DNA of 64,000 bases, taken from IMG/VR virus record IMGVR_UViG_3300020419_000005. One strand, written 5' to 3'. Made by a program: the position numbers and the translations under genes. Source of the stretch: a virus. How positions within the stretch are numbered: the first letter of the stretch is position 1; each line of letters starts with the position of its first letter. Shown here one piece after another: positions 47,701 through 57,130 of the stretch. The notes beneath the pieces were generated by a model, which was not told where the DNA came from, made no database searches, and saw only the letters and a list, made by a program, of their open reading frames with translations.

Positions 47701-47870
47701 TCAGTTTCTATTGGTCTCTCATATCTAAGAGAGTTCCAAGGCGTTACACCATCTCCGATTTTGATACGTGAAGTATCAATCTCGATGCCAAGTTCACCTT
47801 GTGCCAAGATAGGGTTGATGTTTGCCCACTGTTGAGCACCATCACGTCTTAATTGGAGTCTATTTGCCAT
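41718..47870 (-). CDS. long fibre protein (Mtd/hyaluronidase-like N-terminus, multiple repeats)
   Basis: MANRLQLRR..W...NPILAQGELGIE.D...KIGDG; FTVDxxxGNT, TEGSTNL and SGAYNDL repeats. Confidence 0.85.
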   Translation of the reverse strand: MANRLQLRRDGAQQWANINPILAQGELGIEIDTSRIKIGDGVTPWNSLRYERPIETESNAANTLVKRDADGNFEAGAISATLIGNASTSTRLASARQIQLTGSITGSGSFDGSSNLNLATNLELVTSLPHYNANDPDATALYSRVQVDSRGRVVGASLASTLAEYGITDAQGLDSDLTALANITTFGMLARTATGQITTRNLTGGAGRIIFTTPDGVASNPFIDLADTAVVVGSYNVEALTSVDANGANGEPYGTETVNASKFSVDRYGRITQATVVPIATATEGSKYATYNAGSTYNRYDILENASKVYQAITDIGAGQGAPTHTSGDVSNWRYLAAAATEQKGLASFAQEDFDVDANGHVTIAALAVDNTQMQNNRVGFADGNTVETFELDQELTATTGYRGFNYLNYVTVNDTSGNLLFTANNVDNTGAGGVDINVDTHISGALIKLDRPGNTPLQTIERSSGSLKIHHNVNSSVNRTLDIISNNAGSGTSVINVTSDDGIVITATNVASKVQVEDFYLQQNTIGTSDATMVLDPGDDDAATGLVQVRGNLQVDGTTTTVNSTTISVDDPIITLGGDTAPTTDDNKDRGVEIKYYDTQARVGFFGWDEDYANSNIWSGTGGYRFLYNATNTSEVFSGTDAPLIAGNLALTTNTGSTSTTTGTLVVTGGLGLSENAHVGGTVTIAGQSEINNNVIIKADNKEFAIQTAAGVDKFTVDSDNGNTIIEGTLDVQLETEITDNLIVTADAKEFKIRTASSVDKFTVDTDNGNTVIEGTLNTKQGVDFDSTLNVDSDVTFNATLDVDDDVTLHNDFLMDTTGKTFTLTNGSAQKFQISTTNGNTDIEGTLNLGNFFHHEDVDVPTIGTDAQDNFVISGGDYGSFRFDGGGYIEGDTLFNSDLYINGSINQKDLGTTETFSTQNYLRVRYKLRTGFTAAYTPSYATDNTSNLRVYGGAGIATDLYIGDDLYIGKLNSGDTTEFTVLGESGNTTIGRTGQGSATVGTLTVHGDVTLNRDVTLNGAQNTIGDASGDALTVNATSQFTAPVTLSSGQDLNVGGNAIVDGNLTVHGSTTTVNSTTITVDDPIITLGGDTAPASDDAKDRGVEFRYYDSNAKLGFFGWDDSALRFAVYHNATNSSEVFSGTRSGIDAGSIKLFDTTNATNSSTGALIVGGGAGIGLDLQVGDDLIVGDDGSFGGNVDITGTLDVTNDFRVNTNKFTVAQSTGNTLVAGTFRADGISTLNSTVNIVGSGSNLTVGGTLGVTNNTTLSGTLGVTLGTTLNNTLDVSGVTNITNTLGVTGITTLTNSTNATLGGSWASNGALRVSAGGLSVAGNTGIGGDLKVYTNSTIDGTLGVGGIVSLTEKLRANSTAQATAANNNGAAIFTAGGLAVTKKAYIGDDFDIGGGSFTVDGPSGNTVVGGTLDITGGTTTLSSIIATSTANLQSTLNVGGGFNINTNKFNVASASGNTDIAGTLDVVQAVDFDSTLNVDGNADFNSGIDVTAGAATFAGLVQANNVTDSSAYNDSAASVHTDGGLSVKKKAYVGDDLSVGGSAGVKFTVDGPTGNTNITGTLTVQDDTTLQGTLGVTGQITGNVTGALTGNADTASLVDVTNTTGSNLTFFPTFVSATTGNTEIRTDSDNFKYVPSSNTLSVSNFVCSTNFEVQGNMNVTGTITFQESQVGDISNHNTDALTEGSTNLYFTDERVDDRVNALITGGTGITATYDDAGNILTLSATQADINTDNITEGSTNLFTTAARTRTHFTYGTGITHSGGTLSVTQADIDTDNVTEGSTNLFTTAARTRTHFTYGTGITHSSGTLSVTQSDIDTDNITEGSTNLFTTAARTRGHISVSGDLGYNSSTGVISYTIPSTIASLSNHDTDDVAEGSTNLYYTNARADARVVAGITGKLDASAISTFGLTLVDDASASAARTTLGLGSAATTASSAYATAAQGTLAASATQPGDLSTVATSGAYNDLTGKPSLFSGAYNDLSGKPTLGTAAATASTAYATAAQGVKADSALQAETITLAQLKTAAANSATYAAFQSAIAAL
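42330..42680 (-). repeat. about three tandem 129-nt (43-aa) repeats in the fibre gene
   Basis: TTGATCC anchors at 42368, 42497 and 42626; unit LSVTQADIDTDNVTEGSTNLFTTAARTRTHFTYGTGITHSGGT. Confidence 0.9.
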
Positions 47871-47900
47871 TGTTTATTAAGGACACTATTGCCTCTTTGA

Positions 47901-47908
47901 TATTTATA
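47901..47908 (-). promoter_or_regulatory. T4 late promoter TATAAATA
   Basis: Perfect match about 30 nt upstream of the fibre gene. Confidence 0.8.
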
Positions 47909-47911
47909 AGC

Positions 47912-47937
47912 AAAATAGAAAGGGACTCAATGTCCCT
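47912..47937 (-). terminator. probable intrinsic terminator
   Basis: AGGGAC-ATTGA-GTCCCT followed by TTCTATTTT. Confidence 0.55.
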
Positions 47938-47941
47938 GACG

Positions 47942-48145
47942 CTATTCTGCTGTTAGTTCGTCTACCGTATTAGTTTTTAGATATTCGAGTGTTTCAATAG
48001 CACCTTGCAATTTGAGCATTTGAGTCTCGTTATCTTTTACTTTTGCTACGAGTTGTTGGTTTTCATCACGTAGTTTAGTGTACCTACCTTTAAAATCGTC
48101 GAGAAGTGCTTTCTCGTCCATTGTCTCAGGTGTGTCTACAGTCAT
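47942..48145 (-). CDS. small coiled-coil protein
   Basis: LKLQGAIETLEYL heptads. Confidence 0.7.
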   Translation of the reverse strand: MTVDTPETMDEKALLDDFKGRYTKLRDENQQLVAKVKDNETQMLKLQGAIETLEYLKTNTVDELTAE

Positions 48146-48363
48146 TGGTTTTTCTCCAGGAATGATTTTAATAGAGATTTGATCTCAGTCAATTCAGATT
48201 TTAGCACGCTTACATCAGATTGGAGGTCGGAAAACTCGTCATCTTTCAACTTGCGTTTTTTTGCTGCACTACCATTAGTAGCATTAATATTTAGCACAGC
48301 ACCAGAAGAGGAATCTCGTATTAAGTTTGGATGACCCTCGACTCTCTGGTATTTTGGTTTCAT
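48142..48363 (-). CDS. small hypothetical protein
   Basis: VEGHPNLIRD..SGAVLN plus a coiled coil; follows the VrlC-like gene. Confidence 0.75.
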   Translation of the reverse strand: MKPKYQRVEGHPNLIRDSSSGAVLNINATNGSAAKKRKLKDDEFSDLQSDVSVLKSELTEIKSLLKSFLEKNQ

Positions 48364-51300
48364 TACAGATCACTAAGTGCAATAACTCTAAGGTTCTTGA
48401 CCTCTGGGACGTAGCACTGATTAGACGAAGTTAAAATAATTTTAACCTGTGCTATCGTAAATTCAGTTCCCTCGAAGGTGTACTCAAAATCTCTATAAAG
48501 AAGACTTTCAGTTTTCTGAATTGTTTTGTCCTCAAGACCATTACCATTAAAATATGTATAACCTATTTCATTGACTGGAATTGTAGTTCCAACAGGTACA
48601 ATTTTATACATAACTTTTATCTCTGTAGCAGGATGTCTCCATCCTTCAAATCTTACTCTAAGTGAGTTAGCAGGGTTAATAAGATTCATTACCTTAGTAA
48701 CGTAAACTGCATCATCAAGATCACCTACAGCACTCTCTGCGTTGTTACTACCAACCGCAAGGTCATTAACTCTGTTCATAGTAGTAATAAGAGAGCAACG
48801 ATCTGTGTCAAGAACAGGAGATATGTTTGCATTAGATGTTGTCATTATCATTTGTACGTTCAATGATTTAGAACCAGATAATTTAGCATCTTCATTTACT
48901 TGTGAGCAAACCATCTTAGGTTCGTCAAGATAATTATCCTCATTAGGAATCATATCGTAGTAAATACCATCATTAATAAATGACGCTTGAGTTACATTGT
49001 TACCATCCTGTATTGATGTACCAGATACTGAGTTAATTCTAGGAACAACATCTGTCTCAGGATATACTGTCATTTGTAACTGAGGATATAGTTGATCAAA
49101 CTGTATGTTCTGTGTAGCAACTACATCAAAACCACCACTTACAATACCTGCTGTAGATACTGATGATACTTGAAGTTTATATGTATCAAGTGTTGGACTA
49201 CCAACAGCAGTGTGTAATTTATTGATTTCTGTTAAAGGAATACCGTCAAGGTTATAACATTCAACTATGCTGTTAGCACTGTGTGCTATTGCAGTAGTAC
49301 TTGCTTGTCCACGAGAACCTGATGGTAATGTAAATATTTTACCGTCACCAGATATGCCAGTATATTCAATAATTTCAAAATGTTGTCTAGGAATTTCTGG
49401 ATCACGAATAAGGATATAACCTTTATTAGATGTGCCTACTGTAGAACCGTTGATAACAGTGTGGAATGCAGCACCATCCATAACGTGTAACTGGAATGAA
49501 CCTGTAACACCATCACTTGCTGTAATACCATTTGTATGATATGCAGAGTCTATTATAGTTGGTGATACTTCAGATTTAACACCACTCATCAATACTGAGT
49601 TAGAACCATCGTGCATACAATGGTTTGAATGACGTACTTTAATTTCAGTTGCTCTGTTAAAGTATGAGATAGGAGCAGATGGATAATCATTAATATCATC
49701 ACCTTGGAAACTTGTACCACTTGTTCCAATAGTTCCTGATCCAGTTGTAGCAGAAGCAATCACCTGAGTAATTGCATCTCCATCAGCAAATGTACCTGTA
49801 ATTGATTTAACTGTTACAACTCCTGTTCCTGCGTTCCAGTCAGTAACCATAGCAGAACCACCAGTACCATTTGTCACTACTGTTCCAGTAGCAAATGTAC
49901 CAGATACACCAGTTAATGTAATAGTACCAACAGATCTTGAGGATACAAGTCTATAGATGAAACTAGAACCAGATGCAACACCTTCTCTAAAAGTTCCTAC
50001 AACATCATCAAGTATTAAGTATGCGTTAGATGAACCTGACACACCTTGTACAACTTCACGAACAATAGCAGATGGAGCAGGAGATACATCAGTCTGTGTA
50101 AGTTCAGCACCGATTGTAAAGTTAGCAACGTGGTCTGCAAGTATTATTTTAATCTCTGGTTTTGTAGTTTCTATAGGATCTAATCTTAGTCTTGATATAC
50201 CAAAGTTACCCTCTGCAAGTTCTGCGTTATTGAACCAAGCAGTTCCAGATCCTGCTGTATCAAATACCGCTTTATATAATGTAAATTTAAGATCTTCATA
50301 TTGATCAGCAGTCCAAGTAGATGCGTTCTGTGATTTGAATAAAACACCTGCATATGGTTGTTCAGATATTGTTCTATCAGATGTAACATCATCTTCACCC
50401 ATTCTTGAGATCCAAAGTTTATATTCATTGGAGTCAGAAAGTATAACTGCACAGTAGTCTCTATTCTCAGTCACATATACAGGTGATGGGAATGTAAACT
50501 TAGTTGGTATTGTACCATTTTCAGATAAGTTAATATCAGATGGTAGTAATGTTACGTCAGAGAAAGCAAGAACTTTTGTAGTTGGATAACCATTCGCCAT
50601 CTCTCTGATCTGACAAGATACAGGGATTCTTTCATCACGAGTTCTAAAGTAAATATCGATACTTGTTAAGAATGCACCACCCTTAGATTCAACCAAGAAT
50701 GATTGTGCAAGAGGGTCATACCATCCAGTATCTCTAACAGTTAATGATGTACTGTTAACTGTACGATCTTGTGTTACTGTGTCTCTTACGACATCAGCAT
50801 TTCTAACTGCAAGAATTGTTTGTTGCTGAGTTTCGATAACACCAGATGCAACATAGTTGTGTTGTGCAGCAGAGTCAACTTCACCAGGAACTCTAGAGTC
50901 AGTGGAAGATGTTGTTACACGAATAACACGAGTACCAGTAGCAAATCTTGGGTTGGTATTAACAGCAGGATTAGGAATCCACATAATACCTTCCATATCA
51001 CCATTAGTATTAGCAACTAATCTCTTAGGTTTAACAACAGCACGAGCACCAGATGTAGCACCTACAAGAATTTCTCCTTCTAATGGGTTTCCATAATATG
51101 TACCTGCAACTGTATCTGACATTGTTCTAGTGTCAATGTTAATGAATCCAGTAGTAGAAGCGTATGATGTAGGTAATTCACTCTGATCATAAGGTGATAA
51201 ACCATCAGTAAATCCTTGATTAGGATCAACAAGTTTTAAACGACATTGTGATGTCTGTCCTACAACAGTTTCACCAACAACAAATGGTGTATCATTAGTA

Positions 51301-54300
51301 CGAATATCCTCAACAGTATTCTTAATAACCTCAAGTAGTCTTGGTGATGTGTAGAAGTTTACATCTACATTATCAATAAATGAGTAGAATCTTGTATTAG
51401 GTTTTAAACGTTGAATCTTAAAGGCAATATTTCTAGATCTAATAAATGGAACTACAGTTCTTTCAATAACACGATCACCTAATGACTGACGGTCAATTCT
51501 AGGAGTAATACGAGTTCTTAAACCTTGTCTAGTTTGTGAACTTGTTGTGTTACTTACATTAAATGTAATCTGTCTAATACCACGTCCACGCATATGTAAG
51601 GTAGAAGAAGATGTTGTTGTAGATGACCAGTTAGTTCTCCAAGAGTTCCATTGTACAGGAGCAAATCCAGTGTTTGTATCAGCACCACTTGCTATCATTG
51701 ATGCTTCAAAACTTCCTTCCATATTAACAATTCTATCTGGAGCACGACGTGTATCTACCCAGTCATCAGATGATGGATATAAATCAAGACGACCAATGTA
51801 TGCAAATACGTTAAATGGGTTTACATTCTCAACTCTAGAAGCATAAGGTTGAACAATAAATCTTGTTTCTGTATAAGGTCTTGTAATTGTACCTGTATCG
51901 TGAACAGTAACACCACTAGATTGTGTAGTACTAAACTCTAACGATACATTTGTAGTGTAGTGAGAAGGACGTAAAACACCTTCTTGGAAATCTAACGCTG
52001 CACCAAAATCTTCGTGAGTAGTATCTGTAGAATCAAAACTTGTAAAGTTGTCTACAAGGAATCCGTTTTTAAATTTATCAAATCCATCACTATCTTTTAT
52101 AGGTAATGAACTTGTTTCTAATTCAAGCAAACTAAGAGAAGTATAATATTCTAATTGGTCAACACGTTTCTCAATAGCACCGATGTCACGCATAGTGAAT
52201 CTACGATTATTCTCTCTTGAGATTCTTACATCTTCTGGAGAATATCCATATGGTCTATGAACCATAGTTGCTAGTAACATTGCATTATCAATGTTTGCAG
52301 GAATCTCTTGCTGTTCTCCAGATATACCTTTAACAACTTTAAATTGTTGCTGATCAGTTAAGAATACTTTATCTACTCTACCAAGATAGAAATCGTAGTC
52401 ACAACGGAAATCAGATTCTGGTTTAGGAATATCGATAACAGTAGCATTATTAGATACGCCTCCTGATGCAAAACTACGATCTTTAAAGTCTAATGATGCA
52501 CAGTTAACAAAGTATGGTGCACCGATGGTTCCTGATCCAGATAATACAGGAGTTACACCTGGACGGAAATCAAGAACATCTCTAAGTTCTTTTGCAACAC
52601 CGTTCTCAACGTACTGTGGAATGTCATCATAATCTACACCAACATATGATTCAGATGCGAAATAGTCACCAGTTGCTTCGTGAACAAACCTATTAAATAC
52701 AACTTTTAATTTTCTTAATGGTTTAGTTGATGCTGCAAATCTAATTAGTTTTGAAATATCATAGTAATGTCCTTGTTGGTTAGGATCAAGGAAGAATGAT
52801 GTTGTTATATTTTTACTACCGTTTTCAATAGAACCATCAGCGTCATTAATAATACCACTAATAACTACATTGTTAGCATTGAAACCTTGTACAGTTTCAC
52901 CTAGTTGGAAAAACTTATCGTTCTCATATACAAAATGACAGATATATGAAACAGAATTAAAGTTTACAACACGTGCTTTTGCTTTAGATGTTTGTCCTTC
53001 AATAATTGTACCTTTCTGGAAGATAGTAGCATCCTGCATTGTAATGAAAGGAACCTTTGCAGAAAGGTCATCTAATGATTCATATACTGCGTGTACCTTA
53101 TAAACGTCAGAAGATCCCAAAGATATTTCTTCATCTTCAATACGTGTACCATATAATGATCCATAAGAAAGACCATACTTAGGAGCGTCAGAAGATATGT
53201 TTGTTTTCTCAATCTTCATCACTTCCATTTCTGTAGCGTTCTTTAACTTCTTCTCTGCTTGGTTTTTAGATACAGAAGTAATTAAACGACAAGATGTAAC
53301 ACCTGTTAAACCAGAAACTGTTAAAGATGTTCTAGGAGTACCAGTGCTGTTAAATGATAAGTTAGGTTCAATATCAATCAAAGTACCTGCTGTAGGTGCT
53401 AATTCTACTAACTGATAATGATCCTTATCATACGCAAGGAACTGTTCATCAGCAGGTAGAGATATTGTAAAGTCATTAGATCCAGTAACTGTTATATCAT
53501 CAAAAGATCTTGCAACTATAACTGATTCGTCTGTGATGCTTCTAATAGATTCTTTAGGCATCTCAATTAGAAGATCAGCAGTTTCTTTATCATATACTTG
53601 TGCTCTACGACGAACCATAAATGAGTAGTCGCCATTACTCAAACCACTTGCAGTACCACTTGCATTTAAAGCAGATGTAATATTATTTGTTATTGTACTT
53701 GCAGATATAGGATATATCTTATCCATTGAGAATGTATTCACACCGTTTGGTGTTAGAACATCTCCAGGACGTAAATCAAGAGTAAAGTTTGAGTTTGTAC
53801 CTGTAAAGGTAGTACCGTTAATATTAAAGTTAACACCACTAATAATAGTTTCCTGATCAAGAAGTAGATCTCCTGCAAATGTAATTGCATTTGTATCTGG
53901 ATCTCTACCAGTTACACCTTTAGCATCTGTAATTTGGAAACTAAATGAATTTGTAAGAGTTCCAATTTCTACACCATCTTTTTCTATAACTTCTCCTGCA
54001 CGGAATGTACCAAATACTTGATAGACTTTAAATACAGTTTGTGCTGATATAGCATCTACAACAAATGCTTTTGCTCTGGATGTTCTACCACGAATAACAG
54101 CACCTTGTCCCGCAGTCACAGCAGCAGACATTTGGAATGTAGTTAGTGGTTGAATATCAAAAATATATGTTTTAAATACTGTAGCGGATGATGTTACATT
54201 AGTACCACTATGATATTCATATGCAGCACAACGTGCATAACCTATAACTTCACCTGCTCCAGATAATGATCCACCTGGTGCAGTATCTCTAAACTCAAGA

Positions 54301-55556
54301 ACCTGATAGTTTGCTGTTACATTATTACCATTAACTATAGGAGAACCTTTTACATTATTCATCAGCATATAATTGCCGAGTTCAAATGGAACTATAGAGT
54401 TTTGTAATGCTTTTGTATCTCTTGGTTTCTGTACATCAATAAAAGTAGGAACTAGGGTTTCAATCTCAAATCCTCTTACGTACGCTTTTCCTGGGGATAC
54501 TTCTAACGCATAATATGCAGAAGTAGATGCAATTCCATTTGGAGATGTTCTACCTGGAAGATATACACCATTATTTTCACCATCGTCTTGATGCTCACGC
54601 ATCCTTAGATCAAACTCTCTGACACTGTAATCACCAGACTCATCAAATGTACGACGAGCAAGTTCTCTTTCTATCTCATTATATGCTGTTCTTTCTACAA
54701 ATGATTCTACTGCTGAATTATTAATACGCAATAGTTCAATAAAGTTTTTATCTGTGTCATCATCAATAACTTTCTTTGTTAATGAACAACGAATTCTAAA
54801 TCTATGTGCACCAGGTGCTGAATAGTTTGATGTTCCAGTTGCATTATCGTTTAATGATGGATCATCTTCTGGAGTTACAATAGATTCAAATACTTCTAAT
54901 CCAACTCTGTAAGAAGGACTGTTTGTATATTGATCAAGAATAATTGTTTGCTCAGTTACATCAACAAAATAACCACGTATAAAATATACACCAGTAGCGA
55001 CTGTAGCAGTAGAACCAACAGCAGTAGCAGTTGTAGGTAACAACTGTGCAAATGGTGTGCCAACTTCAATTAGAGTAGATCCAAAAGTAAGTTCAGCATC
55101 AGCAACTAACTGTTCATTTGCAGTGAAAGTTCTAGTGTCACTATCTGATCCACCTGATGTAATATATTTTAAGTATAGAGTTATGTAACCACGTTCTGAT
55201 TCTGTAGCAGATATAGAGAATATAACTTTTGCTTTGATACCAGTTGTAAGACCTGTAACTATTCTTCCTTCTAATTGTGAACGATATAACTCAACGTTTG
55301 TTCCTAAGAAACTTGCTTGTAACAATACTGCTTTTGCATCTAAGTCATAACCTATTTGTCCAGGGATGACCATTGCACCATCCTTAAACATATGAGTTCC
55401 CATCGACTCAACTTGATTCTGCATCAAGGATTGAAGCGTGGTTAATTCTCTTGCCTGTATCGGATACCCAGGACGGAAAAGAACTTTATAAAAGTTATTA
55501 GCAGCACTGAAGTCGTCGTAATAAGGACTTATATTGAGGTTGGTATTCTGTGGCAT
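48363..55556 (-). CDS. large virion structural protein (VrlC/DUF4815-like)
   Basis: MPQNTNLNISPYYDDF, QARELT, APGAHR, FKNGFLVDNF, DPLAQSF, LFKSQNASTW. Confidence 0.88.
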   Translation of the reverse strand: MPQNTNLNISPYYDDFSAANNFYKVLFRPGYPIQARELTTLQSLMQNQVESMGTHMFKDGAMVIPGQIGYDLDAKAVLLQASFLGTNVELYRSQLEGRIVTGLTTGIKAKVIFSISATESERGYITLYLKYITSGGSDSDTRTFTANEQLVADAELTFGSTLIEVGTPFAQLLPTTATAVGSTATVATGVYFIRGYFVDVTEQTIILDQYTNSPSYRVGLEVFESIVTPEDDPSLNDNATGTSNYSAPGAHRFRIRCSLTKKVIDDDTDKNFIELLRINNSAVESFVERTAYNEIERELARRTFDESGDYSVREFDLRMREHQDDGENNGVYLPGRTSPNGIASTSAYYALEVSPGKAYVRGFEIETLVPTFIDVQKPRDTKALQNSIVPFELGNYMLMNNVKGSPIVNGNNVTANYQVLEFRDTAPGGSLSGAGEVIGYARCAAYEYHSGTNVTSSATVFKTYIFDIQPLTTFQMSAAVTAGQGAVIRGRTSRAKAFVVDAISAQTVFKVYQVFGTFRAGEVIEKDGVEIGTLTNSFSFQITDAKGVTGRDPDTNAITFAGDLLLDQETIISGVNFNINGTTFTGTNSNFTLDLRPGDVLTPNGVNTFSMDKIYPISASTITNNITSALNASGTASGLSNGDYSFMVRRRAQVYDKETADLLIEMPKESIRSITDESVIVARSFDDITVTGSNDFTISLPADEQFLAYDKDHYQLVELAPTAGTLIDIEPNLSFNSTGTPRTSLTVSGLTGVTSCRLITSVSKNQAEKKLKNATEMEVMKIEKTNISSDAPKYGLSYGSLYGTRIEDEEISLGSSDVYKVHAVYESLDDLSAKVPFITMQDATIFQKGTIIEGQTSKAKARVVNFNSVSYICHFVYENDKFFQLGETVQGFNANNVVISGIINDADGSIENGSKNITTSFFLDPNQQGHYYDISKLIRFAASTKPLRKLKVVFNRFVHEATGDYFASESYVGVDYDDIPQYVENGVAKELRDVLDFRPGVTPVLSGSGTIGAPYFVNCASLDFKDRSFASGGVSNNATVIDIPKPESDFRCDYDFYLGRVDKVFLTDQQQFKVVKGISGEQQEIPANIDNAMLLATMVHRPYGYSPEDVRISRENNRRFTMRDIGAIEKRVDQLEYYTSLSLLELETSSLPIKDSDGFDKFKNGFLVDNFTSFDSTDTTHEDFGAALDFQEGVLRPSHYTTNVSLEFSTTQSSGVTVHDTGTITRPYTETRFIVQPYASRVENVNPFNVFAYIGRLDLYPSSDDWVDTRRAPDRIVNMEGSFEASMIASGADTNTGFAPVQWNSWRTNWSSTTTSSSTLHMRGRGIRQITFNVSNTTSSQTRQGLRTRITPRIDRQSLGDRVIERTVVPFIRSRNIAFKIQRLKPNTRFYSFIDNVDVNFYTSPRLLEVIKNTVEDIRTNDTPFVVGETVVGQTSQCRLKLVDPNQGFTDGLSPYDQSELPTSYASTTGFINIDTRTMSDTVAGTYYGNPLEGEILVGATSGARAVVKPKRLVANTNGDMEGIMWIPNPAVNTNPRFATGTRVIRVTTSSTDSRVPGEVDSAAQHNYVASGVIETQQQTILAVRNADVVRDTVTQDRTVNSTSLTVRDTGWYDPLAQSFLVESKGGAFLTSIDIYFRTRDERIPVSCQIREMANGYPTTKVLAFSDVTLLPSDINLSENGTIPTKFTFPSPVYVTENRDYCAVILSDSNEYKLWISRMGEDDVTSDRTISEQPYAGVLFKSQNASTWTADQYEDLKFTLYKAVFDTAGSGTAWFNNAELAEGNFGISRLRLDPIETTKPEIKIILADHVANFTIGAELTQTDVSPAPSAIVREVVQGVSGSSNAYLILDDVVGTFREGVASGSSFIYRLVSSRSVGTITLTGVSGTFATGTVVTNGTGGSAMVTDWNAGTGVVTVKSITGTFADGDAITQVIASATTGSGTIGTSGTSFQGDDINDYPSAPISYFNRATEIKVRHSNHCMHDGSNSVLMSGVKSEVSPTIIDSAYHTNGITASDGVTGSFQLHVMDGAAFHTVINGSTVGTSNKGYILIRDPEIPRQHFEIIEYTGISGDGKIFTLPSGSRGQASTTAIAHSANSIVECYNLDGIPLTEINKLHTAVGSPTLDTYKLQVSSVSTAGIVSGGFDVVATQNIQFDQLYPQLQMTVYPETDVVPRINSVSGTSIQDGNNVTQASFINDGIYYDMIPNEDNYLDEPKMVCSQVNEDAKLSGSKSLNVQMIMTTSNANISPVLDTDRCSLITTMNRVNDLAVGSNNAESAVGDLDDAVYVTKVMNLINPANSLRVRFEGWRHPATEIKVMYKIVPVGTTIPVNEIGYTYFNGNGLEDKTIQKTESLLYRDFEYTFEGTEFTIAQVKIILTSSNQCYVPEVKNLRVIALSDL

Positions 55557-55559
55557 TGG

Positions 55560-57095
55560 TTAGAACTCTACAACGATTTTAATGTCTTCAATTTGGTCGC
55601 CCGCCCTTGAGATTGCTCTCCTATTGTCTATGTAGATCACTTTACCTGAATCCTTTTTCACTTCAGGTTTGGCGTAACCAGATGTGAATGACATACCTAA
55701 ATCATACTCCGTGTTGTTTATGACACGTGTTGCTTCACCAGGAACTACAGGGAAGTTGATGTCAGGGTCAACAGACGTACCAGAACCCGAACCAACAATG
55801 GTGTTACCACCAGAAAACTCAACTTTATTACCAGTAATCTCAGGGAATATACCATCTACTCTGTTTTGATAAAATTTCAAAACTTTTGTTAAGGAGTTCC
55901 AAGAAACTACACGACCACGGGCAGTGACCTGTTGTCCACCCACAGTACGAGTTTGAGTTATGATTTCATCAGTATTAAATGATCCTGTGAAATCAGGAGA
56001 AAATATTACAGCATTAGATGCTGATAAAGTAATAGCGTCTGCTAATTCTTCGGTACCATACTTAAATGGATTAAGAGTTAATCCAATACGACGGTAATCA
56101 TTATCAGTAGGGAAGTCTCCTGATCCCTCTGAGTATGTAAATTTGGTGTTGATCATAACACGGAATCCACCTAACTCAATAGCAGGAGTAGATCCGTGAC
56201 CACCTTTAGGTGGAATAATAACGTCAATAGCACCACCAGATCCTGTACCAGAACCAATACCATTAACTTCATCAACAACGATTTTACCGAAGGAATAGTT
56301 AGATCCTCCAGAAGTCACAGTTGCAGATACAATACGACCACCATCAACAACGACAGAAATACGTCCACCAGTTCCATCACCTCTTAGAGGGATATTTTCA
56401 TATGTACCATTGTTATATCCAGAACCAGATGATTGAATAACAACAGTGTCAATCTCTCCTCCAACAGCATCAGATTGAACAGCACTGTCAATTAAAACAG
56501 GCATATAATCTGCTGAGAAGAATTTCAGAACCGATCCCACTGGGATGGTGTACATATACTTCCAACGATAACCATCAGCAGTGGTGATAATAGAAGTAGA
56601 AGTGCCAGTGGGTTCGATCGTACTAGGTTTACCGTTCGGATCAGAGGGTGACGTTCCATTGTAGATACACTTATATGTTTGATAAGATGAGTTAACAACA
56701 TAGAAATCAGCATCATATAGTTTAGTAGCACCACTAGAAGCAGTCTTACTAGATGAGTAGTCGTTACGATACATATCGTAAACATAACCTAAACCACCAG
56801 TAGTTTGTTCTGGGGGTATCCAGTCAATACGACGTACGACTTGAATAGCGTCACTAGCAAGTACACGCTTCATAGAAATCATATCGTCATATGCGTCTGA
56901 GAACTCTTGGAAAGAGTCTATAGGGGTAGGAGGATTATTCTCATTATCCCATTCTTGAGGGCGACCAATGAAAACATACAAACGGTCACGATTTGCACCC
57001 GCAGCGATGTCACTCTGAGTCGAATCTGGTCCCTCAAGTGATTTGATGAATTTTTCAGCGGTGAAAATTCTAAATTGATCGGTAAGTAATGCCAT
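55560..57095 (-). CDS. 8: baseplate wedge subunit gp8
   Basis: TDQFRI, YVFIGRPQ.W, YKCIYNG, DGYRWKYMY, EDIKIVVEF. Confidence 0.92.
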   Translation of the reverse strand: MALLTDQFRIFTAEKFIKSLEGPDSTQSDIAAGANRDRLYVFIGRPQEWDNENNPPTPIDSFQEFSDAYDDMISMKRVLASDAIQVVRRIDWIPPEQTTGGLGYVYDMYRNDYSSSKTASSGATKLYDADFYVVNSSYQTYKCIYNGTSPSDPNGKPSTIEPTGTSTSIITTADGYRWKYMYTIPVGSVLKFFSADYMPVLIDSAVQSDAVGGEIDTVVIQSSGSGYNNGTYENIPLRGDGTGGRISVVVDGGRIVSATVTSGGSNYSFGKIVVDEVNGIGSGTGSGGAIDVIIPPKGGHGSTPAIELGGFRVMINTKFTYSEGSGDFPTDNDYRRIGLTLNPFKYGTEELADAITLSASNAVIFSPDFTGSFNTDEIITQTRTVGGQQVTARGRVVSWNSLTKVLKFYQNRVDGIFPEITGNKVEFSGGNTIVGSGSGTSVDPDINFPVVPGEATRVINNTEYDLGMSFTSGYAKPEVKKDSGKVIYIDNRRAISRAGDQIEDIKIVVEF

Positions 57096-57117
57096 TGGAT
57101 ACTATGTACCTTCCTTT

Positions 57118-57125
57118 TATTTATA
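57118..57125 (-). promoter_or_regulatory. T4 late promoter TATAAATA
   Basis: Perfect match upstream of gp8. Confidence 0.8.
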
Positions 57126-57130
57126 GTAGT